Shown here piece after piece: positions 29,781-42,322 of a stretch of 64,000 nt of DNA (position 1 is its first letter; the number at the start of each line of letters is the position of its first letter). The DNA lies in the NCBI GenBank assembly GCA_963845535.1, contig CAWJSK010000012.1, forward strand, positions 96,001 through 160,000. Reading direction: 5' to 3'. Under the pieces are notes generated by a model that was not told the DNA's origin, did not search any database, and saw only the letters and a list, made by a program, of their open reading frames with translations. Source of the stretch: an uncultured Spirochaetota bacterium (GTDB taxonomy: Bacteria; Spirochaetota; Spirochaetia; SZUA-6; Fen-1364). Position numbers and translations under genes: made by a program.

Positions 29781-31273
29781 AAGCTTTTCTCCTGTACAAG
29801 GATCAGGACTTTGACCTTCAGCGGAAACTGCCATCCAATGAGCTGGCCCTGACGCAGGACTTGGAGCTGGAAACGCTGTTCAACGCCATGTCACGCGGCG
29901 CCAAGGATCTCCGTGAGGTGGCAAGGAAGGTTGTCCTTTCACCTCTCAAAGATTTGGATTCCATTCGCTATCGCCAGGATGTCCTGAGGGATTGCCTGAA
30001 AAATCCTGGTATTGTCCGCGAGATGTATGAGCTGGCGGTGGAATCTATCGAAAAGGAGAAGAAGTTTTACCTGGGGATCTTCAGCAACCTTCCCTCCACG
30101 ATTTTGCACAGGTCTGTGGATGTCCTTCAAATGTTCGTCGGTCAGCTGAAGAGGCTGCGGAGTATCGCGGACGAGCACGCCGCCGCGTTTACCTCAGAAG
30201 GGTTCACCCGGCTTTTCGCCATGCTCAAGGCAGAGCTTGACGAAGAGTATTTCACCGCCATCCAGGCTCACCTCAAGACGCTGGCTTTCCGAGATGGCGT
30301 GCTGATAAGCGCTGAGCTGGGGAAGGGAAACAAGGGCAGCACGTACGTGCTTCGCAAGCCGCACGATAAGCGGAGCTTGATGAAGCGGATCTTCGCCAGG
30401 GGGTCTCCTTCCTATTCGTTCTCCATAAGCGACAGAGATGAAAATGGGGCAAAGGCCCTGGCGGAGCTCCGTGACCGAGGGATCAATCTTGTGGCAAACG
30501 CTCTGGCGCAGTCCACGGACCATATCGTCAGCTTCTTTGCCATGATGAGAGCTGAGCTTGCCTTCTCTGTCGGATGCCTGAATCTGTTTGACCGTCTCGA
30601 AAGGAAGGGCGAATCCGTGTGCTTTCCTGAGCCTTTCCCGCCCGATGAACACAGGCTGTCCTTTCGGAGCTTGTATGATGTCTGCTTGACGTTGACCACG
30701 GACCAGAGAGTCGTCGGCAACGACGCTGACGCAGACGGGCAAAATCTCATGATAATCACCGGGGCAAACCAGGGTGGCAAATCAACTCTGCTGCGAGGGA
30801 TCGGGCTCGCCCAGCTCATGATGCAGTGCGGCATGTTCGTGCCTGCGCAGTCCTTCAGCTCCAGTGTCTGCAGCGCCATTTTCACGCATTACAAGCGGGA
30901 AGAAGATGCCACGATGAGAAGCGGCAAGCTGGACGAAGAGCTGAAACGCATGAGCGAGATTGTGGACAGCCTGACCCCCCATTCCGTTCTCTTCTTCAAT
31001 GAATCATTCGCCGCAACGAACGAAAGAGAGGGCTCGGAGATCGCGCGGCAGATAGTCCGTGCGTTATCGGAAAAGAAAGTCAAGGTTTTCTACGTTACCC
31101 ATCTTCACGATTTTGCGCACAGCTTCTACGACATGAAAATGGAAGATGCTATCTTCCTTCGAGCTGAGAGAAAAGAAAATGGGGCTCGCACTTTCAAGTT
31201 ATTCGAAGGCGAACCCCTGGAGACGAGCTTTGGTGAGGATCTCTACAGGAAGATCTTTGAAAACGAGAACTGA
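29777..31273 (+). CDS. MutS-related (domain V) ATPase B
   Basis: TGANQGGKST, FTHYKREED, GKLDEEL, FNESFAATNEREG, VTH; ATGA overlap with the upstream paralog. Confidence 0.9.
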   Translation: MKAFLLYKDQDFDLQRKLPSNELALTQDLELETLFNAMSRGAKDLREVARKVVLSPLKDLDSIRYRQDVLRDCLKNPGIVREMYELAVESIEKEKKFYLGIFSNLPSTILHRSVDVLQMFVGQLKRLRSIADEHAAAFTSEGFTRLFAMLKAELDEEYFTAIQAHLKTLAFRDGVLISAELGKGNKGSTYVLRKPHDKRSLMKRIFARGSPSYSFSISDRDENGAKALAELRDRGINLVANALAQSTDHIVSFFAMMRAELAFSVGCLNLFDRLERKGESVCFPEPFPPDEHRLSFRSLYDVCLTLTTDQRVVGNDADADGQNLMIITGANQGGKSTLLRGIGLAQLMMQCGMFVPAQSFSSSVCSAIFTHYKREEDATMRSGKLDEELKRMSEIVDSLTPHSVLFFNESFAATNEREGSEIARQIVRALSEKKVKVFYVTHLHDFAHSFYDMKMEDAIFLRAERKENGARTFKLFEGEPLETSFGEDLYRKIFENEN

Positions 31274-31294
31274 CGCGAATGCGCGGCAGTCTTT

Positions 31295-32668
<1,374 letters not shown>

Positions 32669-32678
32669 TCATTTCACT

Positions 32679-33587
32679 TTAAGATGCACGGATAATTCGC
32701 GTCAAGAGACGGCGAAAGACGGCAGCGACCCATCGGACCGCGGCCTCTTGAAGCGGGGGCGCCATCGAGAGAAAGATATGGGCGCCGTTTGAGCCGACCT
32801 CCAGGGTATTTCCCTGGATTCGCACTCCTGTCATTCGCGACCTTGGGATGACAAAAGAATCAACTCCGTATCGTTCGGTGGATTCCATCGGGTCACACAA
32901 GTACACCAGCTCAAAGGGGTTCAAAACAAGGAGTTGCCTGCGCTGTGCCTCATGGCGGGACCTCCCGGGGACGGCTGCAAATGAAGAAATAACCGGGGAG
33001 TCCTCTTCAAGCCTGACCAGAGGCTCTTGGAGCAGAACTTTCCATTTGTAAGGCGGTTCAGCCTTCCACGCCTCGGCACGGGGGACGGGCCGGGCGGATC
33101 CTGCCAACCTCTTCCTGAGGCGGAGGAGCGCCGGCTCCATTTCACGGCGCGCTACCGTATTGTAACGGATGGTCAGCCGGTCCCCAAAAGGCACAAAACT
33201 GAGCCGACCGTAGAGAAGGATCGCCACGTCCTCGATTGCGGCCACTTTTTCCAGGGGAATCGAAATCTTCACGCCTGGCTGTGGTTTTTCCGTCCACAAA
33301 CCAACCGCCCGATCTCCGAGGGCCAGGACGCTGTTGGGAGAAATCACCTTCTGGCTGAGCCGCCCGACAGAGCGGACCGCCCATGGGATTATGAATATCT
33401 GGCTTAGGTCCTGAATACCGCACGTATCCTCAAGAGGCTCGCGGGCGCCTGACGGGATGTCGTCTTCATGACGAGGAGTGTACGGGTGGCTGGCGCGCTC
33501 GCTTTTGAAATAGGAGCCCCCTTCCGCTTCGGTAAATTGGATTTCCCAGGTCTCGGCAGGATCTCGAGAATGAACAGATTCTTTCAT
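32679..33587 (-). CDS. Hypothetical protein
   Basis: 302-aa ORF with beta-rich character; own promoter-like TTGACG, 17 bp, TACATA upstream; family not recognised. Confidence 0.65.
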   Translation of the reverse strand: MKESVHSRDPAETWEIQFTEAEGGSYFKSERASHPYTPRHEDDIPSGAREPLEDTCGIQDLSQIFIIPWAVRSVGRLSQKVISPNSVLALGDRAVGLWTEKPQPGVKISIPLEKVAAIEDVAILLYGRLSFVPFGDRLTIRYNTVARREMEPALLRLRKRLAGSARPVPRAEAWKAEPPYKWKVLLQEPLVRLEEDSPVISSFAAVPGRSRHEAQRRQLLVLNPFELVYLCDPMESTERYGVDSFVIPRSRMTGVRIQGNTLEVGSNGAHIFLSMAPPLQEAAVRWVAAVFRRLLTRIIRAS

Positions 33588-33690
33588 GGCTGCGCTTATA
33601 TGTACGACGAGAACGTTGCATCGTCAATCCGCGATCAACGCGATCAACGCGGCACGAAAGGACCGCCCCGCTGCGAGTCGAGGCAGCCAA

Positions 33691-34953
33691 TCAGTTTTTC
33701 CGCCATACGCTCGTTCCCCCGAAAAAGACTTCATCAATCGGGGCAATACCCGGGCGGAAAGCGAGGATCCCCGGGGTCTCCCCGTCAAGGAGCAGGAAGT
33801 CGGCGCGCTTTCCCGCGGTGAGGCTCCCCACCTCGGCGCCGAGCCCGAGAGCATACGCGGCGTTGAGTGTCGTGGCCGCCAGGGCCTCCGTCACGGAGAG
33901 GCCCATCTGCAGCACTGCCAGCCCGAACGCGAACGGCATGGATTCGTTGTACGAGGAGCCTGGGTTGCAGTCCGTAGCGACCGCCACCGGAAGGCCCATG
34001 TCGATCATGGCGCGCGCCCGGGCATACGGCTTGCGCATGCTGTACGCGGTTGCCGGCAGCAGGACCGCGACGACACCGGCGGATGCCATGGCCCTCAGGC
34101 CTGCATCGGAAGAAGCGAGGAGATGGTCAGCGGATGCCGCGCCTGCCTCCGCGGCAAGAGCTGCTCCTCCCGTGTCATGGAGCTCGTCAGCATGGAGCCT
34201 GCATCCAAGACCTGCCGCGCGCGCCGCCTGGAGGATTCGCCGCGACTGTGAAAGCTCGAAAACGCCCTGTTCGCAGAAGACGTCGCAGAAACGCGCAAGT
34301 CCCTGCCGGGCGACGGCAGGGACCATTTCCTGCACAATGAGGTCCACGTACGCTTCCTCGCGTCCCCTGAACTCGGCCGGCACCGCATGGGCGCCGAGAA
34401 AAGTGGCAACGATCCGGGGCGGCGCTTCGCCGGCAACCCTGCGGATGACGCGCAACTGCTTGAGCTCCGCCTCCAGGGAGAGGCCGTAGCCGCTTTTCAC
34501 CTCCATTGTAGTAGTGCCCAGCCGCAGCGCGGAGTGCGCGCGGGACAGGGTGGCTGCAAACAGCTCCGCTTCAGAGGCCGCGCGCACTGATTCCACGGAA
34601 GAGAGGATCCCCCCGCCGGCGCGCAGGATCTCCAGGTAGTCAGCGCCCCTGAGCCGGGCCAGGAACTCTCTTTCCCGCGGTTTCATAAAACACAGGTGTG
34701 TGTGGGGATCCACAAAGCCCGGGATCAGGCACCGGCCTCCGCAGTCCGTTTCCGCCTGCACGGCGGGCGCGCCTTGCGCGGCAAGCGACCCGAGAACCAA
34801 TGCCTCATCTCCCACGGAAAGAACCCGGCCGTCGCGGCAAAGGAGGGCGCCTTTCTCCCACGATTCGACGCTCCCCTGCTGCTGCCCGCGCAGGGCGCGC
34901 CCCGCGTCGGGTGGCGTCCAGATGCGCGCGTTGCGAAAGAGGGAGACGCTCAT
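33691..34953 (-). CDS. hutI: Imidazolonepropionase
   Basis: PGFVDPHTHL, GGGILSSV, EVKSGYGL, FLGAHA, DVFCEQG, HADEL, ATDCNPG. Confidence 0.95.
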   Translation of the reverse strand: MSVSLFRNARIWTPPDAGRALRGQQQGSVESWEKGALLCRDGRVLSVGDEALVLGSLAAQGAPAVQAETDCGGRCLIPGFVDPHTHLCFMKPREREFLARLRGADYLEILRAGGGILSSVESVRAASEAELFAATLSRAHSALRLGTTTMEVKSGYGLSLEAELKQLRVIRRVAGEAPPRIVATFLGAHAVPAEFRGREEAYVDLIVQEMVPAVARQGLARFCDVFCEQGVFELSQSRRILQAARAAGLGCRLHADELHDTGGAALAAEAGAASADHLLASSDAGLRAMASAGVVAVLLPATAYSMRKPYARARAMIDMGLPVAVATDCNPGSSYNESMPFAFGLAVLQMGLSVTEALAATTLNAAYALGLGAEVGSLTAGKRADFLLLDGETPGILAFRPGIAPIDEVFFGGTSVWRKN

Positions 34954-35870
34954 TGCTCGCCCTGCCCCAGAAGGTCCAGGAGCCTGAGGTCCAGAACCTG
35001 GGCCAACTCGAAGTCGGCCAGCAGGAGGGAGCGCGCCGCGGCGGCCACGAGCGCTTCTGCGGGAACCAGGCCGTATATTTCTGTTTCCGCCACCTCGATT
35101 CCCCTGGCCGCGGCCTCCTTCCGCACAAGCTCCAGCACCTCGTGCAAGGGATTGATGCGGAAGTCGGTGACGTTGATGCTGACCTGCACCATTCCCTTGT
35201 GCTTCAGCTCCACGCCCACGGCCTTCACGTGGGAAAGGCCGCCGCCGGAAGCGCGGATGGTGCGAGCAATAGAACGAGCGCCCGCGATGTCCCTGCTCCG
35301 CAGGTTGATGTTGAACGCCACGAGGAATTGCCGGGCGCCGATCACCGTTGCTCCGGCGCTGGGGTGCACGCGCGCCTCCCCCACGTCTGGGGTGCGATCC
35401 GGGTTTCCCATTTCCTTCACAAGCGCTTCAAACTGGCCGCGGCGCACGGCTTCCAGGTTCCGGCGCTCCGGCCGCAGCGCCGCTTCCTCGTAGAGATAGA
35501 CCGGCACTCCCGTCTCCCGCGCATAGCGCTCGGCGAAGCTTCGCGCCATGGCCACGCATTCCTCCATTGAGATGCCGCGCAGGGGCACGAAGGGGATCAC
35601 GTCCACCGCGCCAATCCTGGGGTGCGCACCGACGTGAATACGAAGGTCAATCGAGGCGATTGCCGCGCGCGCCGATGCCAGCAGCGCATCCTGCAGAGGC
35701 TGCGGGTGGCCCGCAAGGGTCACCACCAGGCGGTTATGGTCGGGGTCGGCCCGCCAGTCCAGGAGGTGGACGCCGCGCGCGCCGCGAAACGGGGCGACGA
35801 TGGCCTCTATCACCTCCTGCCTGCGGCCCTCGCTGTAGTTCGGCACGCATTGCACAAGGCTGGGGCTCAT
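34950..35870 (-). CDS. ftcD: Glutamate formiminotransferase
   Basis: [37 protein letters not shown]. Confidence 0.92.
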   Translation of the reverse strand: MSPSLVQCVPNYSEGRRQEVIEAIVAPFRGARGVHLLDWRADPDHNRLVVTLAGHPQPLQDALLASARAAIASIDLRIHVGAHPRIGAVDVIPFVPLRGISMEECVAMARSFAERYARETGVPVYLYEEAALRPERRNLEAVRRGQFEALVKEMGNPDRTPDVGEARVHPSAGATVIGARQFLVAFNINLRSRDIAGARSIARTIRASGGGLSHVKAVGVELKHKGMVQVSINVTDFRINPLHEVLELVRKEAAARGIEVAETEIYGLVPAEALVAAAARSLLLADFELAQVLDLRLLDLLGQGEQ

Positions 35871-37582
35871 GCGCCGCCTTCCCCAGTCATGGGGATGACG
35901 ACCCCTCGCTCCTTCGCCGTCTCGATGGCCTTCTCGTATCCCGCGTCCGCATGGCGCAGAATGCCGGTGGCAGGATCGTTTCTGAGAACAGTAGTGACGC
36001 GAAGCTCGCCCTCCGCCGTTCCGTCAGCAACGGTCACCTGGCCGGCGTGAAGCGAGTAGCCAATGCCGACGCCTCCGCCGTGGTGAAAGGACGCCCAGCT
36101 CGCACCCGATGCAACGTTCACCATGAGGTTGAGGAGCGGCCAGTCCGCCACCGCATCCGTGCCGTCCCGCATGGCTTCGGTCTCCCGATTGGGAGACGCC
36201 ACGGATCCCGCATCCAGATGGTCCCTGCCTATCACGATGGGCGCCTTGACCCTGCCGGAGGCCACAAGGTCATTGAAGATCTTTCCCGCTCTGTCGCGCT
36301 CGCCATAGCCCAGCCAGCAGATCCTTGCCGGCAGCCCCATGTGCTTCACGCGAGATCGGGCCAGGCGGAGCCATCGAACCATCCTGGTCTTGTGCGGGAA
36401 AGCTTCCAGGAGCGCCTCATCGGTTGCGTCGATGTCCTTTGGATCACCGGAAAGCGCCACCCATCGGAAGGGCCCCTCCCCTTCGCAGAAAAGGGGACGG
36501 ATGTATGCGGGAACGAACCCCGGGTAGTCGAATGCGTTCGTGACTCCATTTGCCAGGGCCTGGCCGCGGAGGTTGTTTCCGTAGTCGAAAGCCACCGCGC
36601 CGCGCGCCTTCATGTCGAGTATGGCCCGGCAGTGCACTGCCATGGAACGACGCGCCGCCTCGATGTAGCGCCCTGGATCGGACTTACGCAGCGCAAGGGC
36701 AGCATCCAGGCTCATGCCATGAGGCACGTAGCCCCCAAGCTCGTCGTGCGCGCTTGTCTGGTCCGTCACCACGTCGGGGATGAACCCCGCCTGGACCATC
36801 ACCGGGAGAACGTCCGCGGCGTTGCCCGTCACGGCGATGGAGAGCGGCTTCTTTTTTTCCGCGGCCTCCCGTGCCATCGCCATCGCGGACGCGAGGTCCT
36901 TCGCCACGGCGTCCAGGTAGCCCGTTTCCTGCCTTCTCCTTGTCCGCGCGGCGTCCACCTCCACGCAGATCAGCACGCCGTCGTTCATGGTCACCGCGAG
37001 GGGCTGCGCGCCTCCCATTCCGCCCAGTCCCGCGCTCACCACGATTTTCCCGGCCAGAGTCGAGCCGAAATGTTTTTCCGCCAGGGCGCCGAATGTCTCG
37101 AACGTCCCCTGCAGGATCCCTTGAGTTCCGATGTAGATCCAGGAGCCCGCGGTCATCTGCCCGAACATCATCAGGCCCCGTCTCTCCAGCTCGTGGAAAT
37201 GCTCCCACGTGGCCCAATGCGGGACAAGGTTGGAGTTGGCGATCAGCACGCGCGGGGACATGCGGTGCGTGCGCAGAATCCCGACCGGCTTGCCGGACTG
37301 GACCAGGAGCGTCTCATCGTCGCCAAGGTCAAGAAGGCTGGTCACCAGGGCGTCGAAGCAGCGCCAGTTGCGGGCGGCCCTCCCCGTCCCGCCATACACG
37401 ATGAGCTCGTCCGGCTTCTCAGCGTTGCCCGGGTCCAGGTTGTTGCACAACATCCGCAGAGCCGCCTCCTGGTGCCACCCCTTGCAGTGCAGCTCCACGC
37501 CGCGTGGCGCCCGCACAGGCCGCGCTGCCCCGCTCCCGATACCGAGCTCGGCCAGAACCTTCTCCCTTGCTGAACCGCTCAT
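35867..37582 (-). CDS. hutU: Urocanate hydratase
   Basis: [57 protein letters not shown]. Confidence 0.97.
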   Translation of the reverse strand: MSGSAREKVLAELGIGSGAARPVRAPRGVELHCKGWHQEAALRMLCNNLDPGNAEKPDELIVYGGTGRAARNWRCFDALVTSLLDLGDDETLLVQSGKPVGILRTHRMSPRVLIANSNLVPHWATWEHFHELERRGLMMFGQMTAGSWIYIGTQGILQGTFETFGALAEKHFGSTLAGKIVVSAGLGGMGGAQPLAVTMNDGVLICVEVDAARTRRRQETGYLDAVAKDLASAMAMAREAAEKKKPLSIAVTGNAADVLPVMVQAGFIPDVVTDQTSAHDELGGYVPHGMSLDAALALRKSDPGRYIEAARRSMAVHCRAILDMKARGAVAFDYGNNLRGQALANGVTNAFDYPGFVPAYIRPLFCEGEGPFRWVALSGDPKDIDATDEALLEAFPHKTRMVRWLRLARSRVKHMGLPARICWLGYGERDRAGKIFNDLVASGRVKAPIVIGRDHLDAGSVASPNRETEAMRDGTDAVADWPLLNLMVNVASGASWASFHHGGGVGIGYSLHAGQVTVADGTAEGELRVTTVLRNDPATGILRHADAGYEKAIETAKERGVVIPMTGEGGA

Positions 37583-38316
37583 GTATAGCCTCCTCCGCCG
37601 CCTACGGAACTGAGATATGCCTCAACCACTTTTGGGTTTTTGGCCAGATCAGCGGCCGGGCCTTCGAGGACCACCCTGCCCGCCTCGAATACGTAAGCCC
37701 GGTCCGCCGCCTCAAGCGCGATGCGCGCATTCTGCTCCGCAAGAAGAATAGTCTTCCCCTCGGCGTGCAACCGCGCAAGCACCTCGAACAGACGGTCCAC
37801 CACGATGGGGGCAAGGCCGAGTGAGATTTCATCCGCCACGATCACCGAGGGGTCCAGAGCGAGAGCGCGACCGAGTGCGAGCATCTGCTGCTCCCCGCCG
37901 CTCAGGCTTCCGGCGGTCTGTGTCCTGCGCTCGGCAAGCCGGGGGAACAGCTCGTAGACTCCATCAAGGACCTCGCGTTCCTTTTTTCCTGAGAGACGGG
38001 ACGAGGTCACTCGCAGATTCTCCTCCACGCTCAAGTCAGGGAAAACATGGCGCCCCTCGGGGACGTAGCCAATGCCCAGCTCGACGCGGCGAAATGCCGG
38101 AATCTCCAGGAGCGAGCGGCCGCAAAAGGTCGCCACACCCGTTGCTTTTACCAGGCCCATGAGGGACTTGAGCAGGGTCGTCTTGCCCGCGCCGTTCGCG
38201 CCCACGATCGTGGTAAAGCTTCCCCGTGTTGCCTCGATGGCAACGTCGTGGAGCACCTGTATTTTCCCATATCCCGCATGGAGGCCAGAAACGGAAAGCA
38301 GCGCCTCTCCACTCAT
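37579..38316 (-). CDS. Branched-chain amino acid-type ABC ATP-binding protein (LivF-like)
   Basis: [29 protein letters not shown]. Confidence 0.92.
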   Translation of the reverse strand: MSGEALLSVSGLHAGYGKIQVLHDVAIEATRGSFTTIVGANGAGKTTLLKSLMGLVKATGVATFCGRSLLEIPAFRRVELGIGYVPEGRHVFPDLSVEENLRVTSSRLSGKKEREVLDGVYELFPRLAERRTQTAGSLSGGEQQMLALGRALALDPSVIVADEISLGLAPIVVDRLFEVLARLHAEGKTILLAEQNARIALEAADRAYVFEAGRVVLEGPAADLAKNPKVVEAYLSSVGGGGGYT

Positions 38317-39104
38317 GACCCGTCCCTTTCGGCGCTCTTCGGGCGGGTGGACCGAGAGCCTTCCTTCCCGAGATACGCGCCGATCACCCGTTCGTCATTG
38401 CGCACCTCTTCCGGGACCCCTTCCGCGATCTTCCTCCCCTCGTCCAGGACCACCACACGGTCCGAAAGCGACAGGGCAAGGCCGACGTAGTGCTCCACCA
38501 GCATGATCGTAAGCCCCGAGCGGTGCACGCTGCGGATGAGCTCGGCGAGCGGCCCTATCCCATCCGCGCCTATGCCGGCGGCCGGCTCGTCGAGGAGGAG
38601 AATCAAAGGGCGGCTCGCTATGGCCCGGGCGATCTCCAGCCGCCGCAGCTCGCCCATGGTAAGCTCGCCCGCGCGGCGCTCGGCTTGCCCTGACAGCCCC
38701 ACCTGCTCCAGCGCCTCGTCGACACGCTCCGCGACGGAGCGGTTTCGGCCGCACGGCGCCAGACAGCGGAGCGTATGGAGGATGTTTTTGCCCGCGGCCG
38801 AGATCCGGATGTTTTCCCGGACGGTCATCGAAGAAAAGGGACGCGGGACCTGGAAGCTGCGCCTGACGCCGAGGTGGCTCATGTGCGCCGGCATTTTGCC
38901 TTGCACCTCCGTCCCGTCGAACAAGACCTTGCCGGAAGTGGGCTTGAGCGCCCCGGCAATCACGTTGAAAAGGGTCGTTTTGCCGGCGCCATTGGGACCG
39001 ATCACGGCGAGGAACTGCCCCCGCTCGACGGAAAGGTCGATGGCGTCAAGCGCCTTGAGGCCGCCGAAGCGCACGCACAGGTCCGTGATTTCCAGGAGCG
39101 CCAT
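38313..39104 (-). CDS. Branched-chain amino acid-type ABC ATP-binding protein (LivG-like)
   Basis: Start [37 protein letters not shown]. Confidence 0.92.
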   Translation of the reverse strand: MALLEITDLCVRFGGLKALDAIDLSVERGQFLAVIGPNGAGKTTLFNVIAGALKPTSGKVLFDGTEVQGKMPAHMSHLGVRRSFQVPRPFSSMTVRENIRISAAGKNILHTLRCLAPCGRNRSVAERVDEALEQVGLSGQAERRAGELTMGELRRLEIARAIASRPLILLLDEPAAGIGADGIGPLAELIRSVHRSGLTIMLVEHYVGLALSLSDRVVVLDEGRKIAEGVPEEVRNDERVIGAYLGKEGSRSTRPKSAERDGS

Positions 39105-39109
39105 GGCTC

Positions 39110-40036
39110 TTACGACCTCCCCATGCCCGAGCCTCCCTGGCGGGGGCCCGGAAGCTGCTTCCTGAGCGGGGCCAGGGCCATTCCAATGAGGCGCGACGCC
39201 GCGCTCGCTTCCCCAGCCAGGCCTTGCGGCTGGAAACGCAGCATGAGGAGGAGAATCACCCCGAAGGTGAGAAGCCGGAAATTGGAGATGAACCTGAAAG
39301 CTTCGGGAAGGGCTCCCAGAATGAGCGCGCCAAGAAGCGCGCCCCTGATGGTGCCGATTCCTCCGAAAATGAGCATCGAAAGTATGACGACTGATTCGGT
39401 GAAACCAAAGCTCGAGGGGGTTATCGCGCTCAAGAAGGGCGCATATATGCTTCCCGCCATGCCCGCGAAGGCGGCACTCAGCGTAAAAGCGGCCACCTTG
39501 TAGGAGGCAACGGGAATACCGACGGACGAAGAGGCGCTCTCGTCGTCCTTGAGCGCCGTCAGCGACGCCCCGAGCCAGGTTCGCTCCAGGTACTTGCTCG
39601 ACGCAACGACGAGGGCAAGCATGCATGCGGCCACCAGCAGAAAGTCCGGATTGCCGAACTGCCGTCCCCCGATGGTCGGCAAGGGGATCGAGTAGATTCC
39701 GACCGCTCCCCCGAAAAACGGCACGTACTGGAATATCGCGACAACGACGAAGTTGAGGCCGATGGTGGTGATTGCGAGAAAGTCCTCGCGGAGCCGCAGG
39801 CTGACGGCGCCGAGGATGAATCCGGCCATGCCGGCGACGCTGAAGGAGATCGGTATGGTCAACCAGAAACTGAGATGATAACGGGTTGACAGCACGGCCG
39901 CGAAGTAGGCGCCCAGCCCGAGAAAAGCGCTCTGCGCGAGATTGGGTTGGCCGGCGTAGCCCACGACCATGTTGAGAGCGACGGTAAGCATGGCGTAGAT
40001 CATGATGGTGACGCCAATGACGATGAGGTAGCTCAC
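39110..40036 (-). CDS. Branched-chain amino acid-type ABC permease (LivM-like)
   Basis: [31 protein letters not shown]. Confidence 0.9.
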   Translation of the reverse strand: MSYLIVIGVTIMIYAMLTVALNMVVGYAGQPNLAQSAFLGLGAYFAAVLSTRYHLSFWLTIPISFSVAGMAGFILGAVSLRLREDFLAITTIGLNFVVVAIFQYVPFFGGAVGIYSIPLPTIGGRQFGNPDFLLVAACMLALVVASSKYLERTWLGASLTALKDDESASSSVGIPVASYKVAAFTLSAAFAGMAGSIYAPFLSAITPSSFGFTESVVILSMLIFGGIGTIRGALLGALILGALPEAFRFISNFRLLTFGVILLLMLRFQPQGLAGEASAASRLIGMALAPLRKQLPGPRQGGSGMGRS

Positions 40037-40902
40037 CGCGTCCCCCTGGGGCCGGGAAGCAGGCCCTGGGGCCGCACGAGAAGTATCACGATAAGGACGA
40101 TGAAGGCTATTGCGTCGCGCGGCAGCACGAAGCCGGCATACATGACGACGAAAGTCTCCACCAGCCCTATGAGCATCGCGGCCGCGATGGTCCCCAGTGG
40201 ATTGCCAAGGCCGCCGAGGACGATGATGGCCAGCATCTTGTACGCCGGTATGTCACCCATCGTGGGGTATACCGTATTGTAGTTTATCCCGAGCATGATG
40301 CCCGACACCGCGGCAAGGGAGTAGCCAATGACGAAGATGGAGGCGATCACTGCGCGCGTATTGATGCCCATCGCTTCGGCCGTCGGCCCGTCCTGCGAGG
40401 TGGCGCGCCAGAAAAGTCCGAGTCTTGTCCGGCGCAGGGTGAACCAGGTGCCAGTCAGGACGACGCAACCGATGATGAGTATGAGAAGCTGAGCTCCCGT
40501 GATGACCGCCCCTCCCAGGCGGAGCGTGCGCAGGGGAACCCGCGCGGGGAAGGCCAGCGGATAAGGCCCGAACACGAGTCGGAAGGCCTCTTCCATCGCG
40601 ATGAAAGTCCCGATACTCGCGATCAGGGGAATGAGGGGTCCTCGATTCAAGATGGGCCGGTACAGGAACCGTTGCAGCCCAAGGCCGAAGAGGGCCGAGG
40701 CCACTATCCCTGCGCCGAGGCCCAGGAGCAGCGAACCGGTGACTCTCCAGATTTTCAGACCCACATAGGCGCCGAGGGTCAGCCCTGCAGCATTTGCGAT
40801 GTCCAGAACCCGCAAAAGTCCGTAGATCAGCGATGGGCCAAGGGCGATCAGGGCGTAGAGCGAGCCGGTCGCAATGCCGTTCAGCAGGCTGGATAAGAAC
40901 AT
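40033..40902 (-). CDS. Branched-chain amino acid-type ABC permease (LivH-like)
   Basis: NGIATGSLYALIALG, AEAMGIN, VLGGLG, RPQGL. Confidence 0.9.
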   Translation of the reverse strand: MFLSSLLNGIATGSLYALIALGPSLIYGLLRVLDIANAAGLTLGAYVGLKIWRVTGSLLLGLGAGIVASALFGLGLQRFLYRPILNRGPLIPLIASIGTFIAMEEAFRLVFGPYPLAFPARVPLRTLRLGGAVITGAQLLILIIGCVVLTGTWFTLRRTRLGLFWRATSQDGPTAEAMGINTRAVIASIFVIGYSLAAVSGIMLGINYNTVYPTMGDIPAYKMLAIIVLGGLGNPLGTIAAAMLIGLVETFVVMYAGFVLPRDAIAFIVLIVILLVRPQGLLPGPRGTR

Positions 40903-40960
40903 CCGGTCTTCTCTTTCGCCCTGACCTCACTCACGTGGCCGCTTTGTGCTCCTGCGAGGA

Positions 40961-42125
40961 CTACGGCGTGATGACGGCCGGATCATCCACGATACCGTAA
41001 TGATGGGGTAACCCGTCCTTCACGATCTGCAGCTCCACCGCCTTCACGACCTCCCCGGTGGCGTTGTACTTCATGATGGTGCCCGTCACGCCGACGAAAT
41101 CCTTGACGCTTGCAATGCCCTGCCTGATTTGGCCCGCGGCGGTTCCCCTGGCCATGGCGTTCTTGAGCACCAGGAAGGAGTCGTACGTGGTGGCGCCCAC
41201 CATGTCTGGTGCGTAGCCATAGGCCGCCGTGAAGCCTTTGATGTAATCGACAACGACCGGTTCCATGCTGTCGCGATTGAAGGGCGTCGTGAACACGAGC
41301 CCGTTGGCCTGGGCCCCGACCGGCTGGAAGAACTGGGTCGTTGAGTCCACGCCCTCCGTTCCGACGATCGGGAGCGAAAGGCCGAGAGTGTTCCAGTTGT
41401 TCAGGAACTGCTGTCCCTCGGAATAGTACTCCACCATGAAATAGCCAGTTGCGCCCTTGGCCTGGTCGCGCATGAGTATGGGCGTGAAATCCTTCTCGCC
41501 GAACTGGTTGAAGTCCGTTGCGACGACCGTTGCGCCGAGCGCTGCGGCCTCGGCCGTAAAGCCTTGAACGAGCGCGGTCCCGAAGTCGTTCTTGATGGCG
41601 ACGATCGCGATCTTCGTCACGCCGAGGTCCTTGACAAGAGCCACGGCGGCGGCCTTGCCTTCGACCACTCCGTTGAAATCCTGCTGGAAGATGAAGCGTC
41701 CGGTCGCGGGAATGCCGGGGTTGACCGCGTACGCGGCGAGCATCGGAATGCCGTTCCTCTGGAAGATCGGGGCGGCCGCAAGGGTCTGGTCGCTGTAGGA
41801 GCCGCTTACGACAGCGTCGACCTTGTCCTGGGTGACGAGGCGGGTGGCAATGCTGACCGCCTGCTTGGCGTCGCTGGCGTCATCGTAGTTGATGAGCTGG
41901 ATCTGCCTGCCATTGATGCCGCCTGCCTTGTTGATGTCCACCACGGCGAGCTTCGCGGAGTCATAGGCGCTCTGCCCGTCAGCCGCAGCGAAACCGGACT
42001 CGGGAGCGAAGAAAGCCGATCTTGATGGGAGCGCTGCTGCTGGCCGATGGGAAGCTCACGAGGGCTGCAACGACAAACAGCGCCATCAGAGTGAGCCTGG
42101 GGATGTACCCGTGCGATTTTTGCAT
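40961..42125 (-). CDS. Branched-chain amino acid-type ABC substrate-binding protein, split by a +1 frameshift near 42013
   Basis: Signal peptide then PIKIG; removing one T restores IGFFAPESGFAAADGQSAYDSAKLAVVDINKAGGINGR; LivJ/K-like fold motifs. Confidence 0.85.
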
Positions 42126-42322
42126 CTCTTCCCTCCTGTTTCCATGACGTAGCACGGCGCATGCAACGGGACGTGGACGCCCCGCCGCCCTGATCCTCAA
42201 CGAGGCTGGGTCGGTCGTCTGCGCCGGGCGGATTGCACTATTTCAGGATTGAAGCACCGTTCCACACTAACACCGGGTAGTTGCGGGGTCAAGTTTGGCT
42301 CGCGACTCTGGGCGGGTAATTT

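Noticed and set aside
27795..31273. Calling the MutS-like genes mismatch-repair mutS or mutS2
   Set aside because: They lack mismatch-binding domain I and an Smr domain, and no mutL is nearby
42126..42320. Possible riboswitch in the leader of the hut/ABC operon
   Set aside because: GC-rich leader, but I could not match any riboswitch consensus
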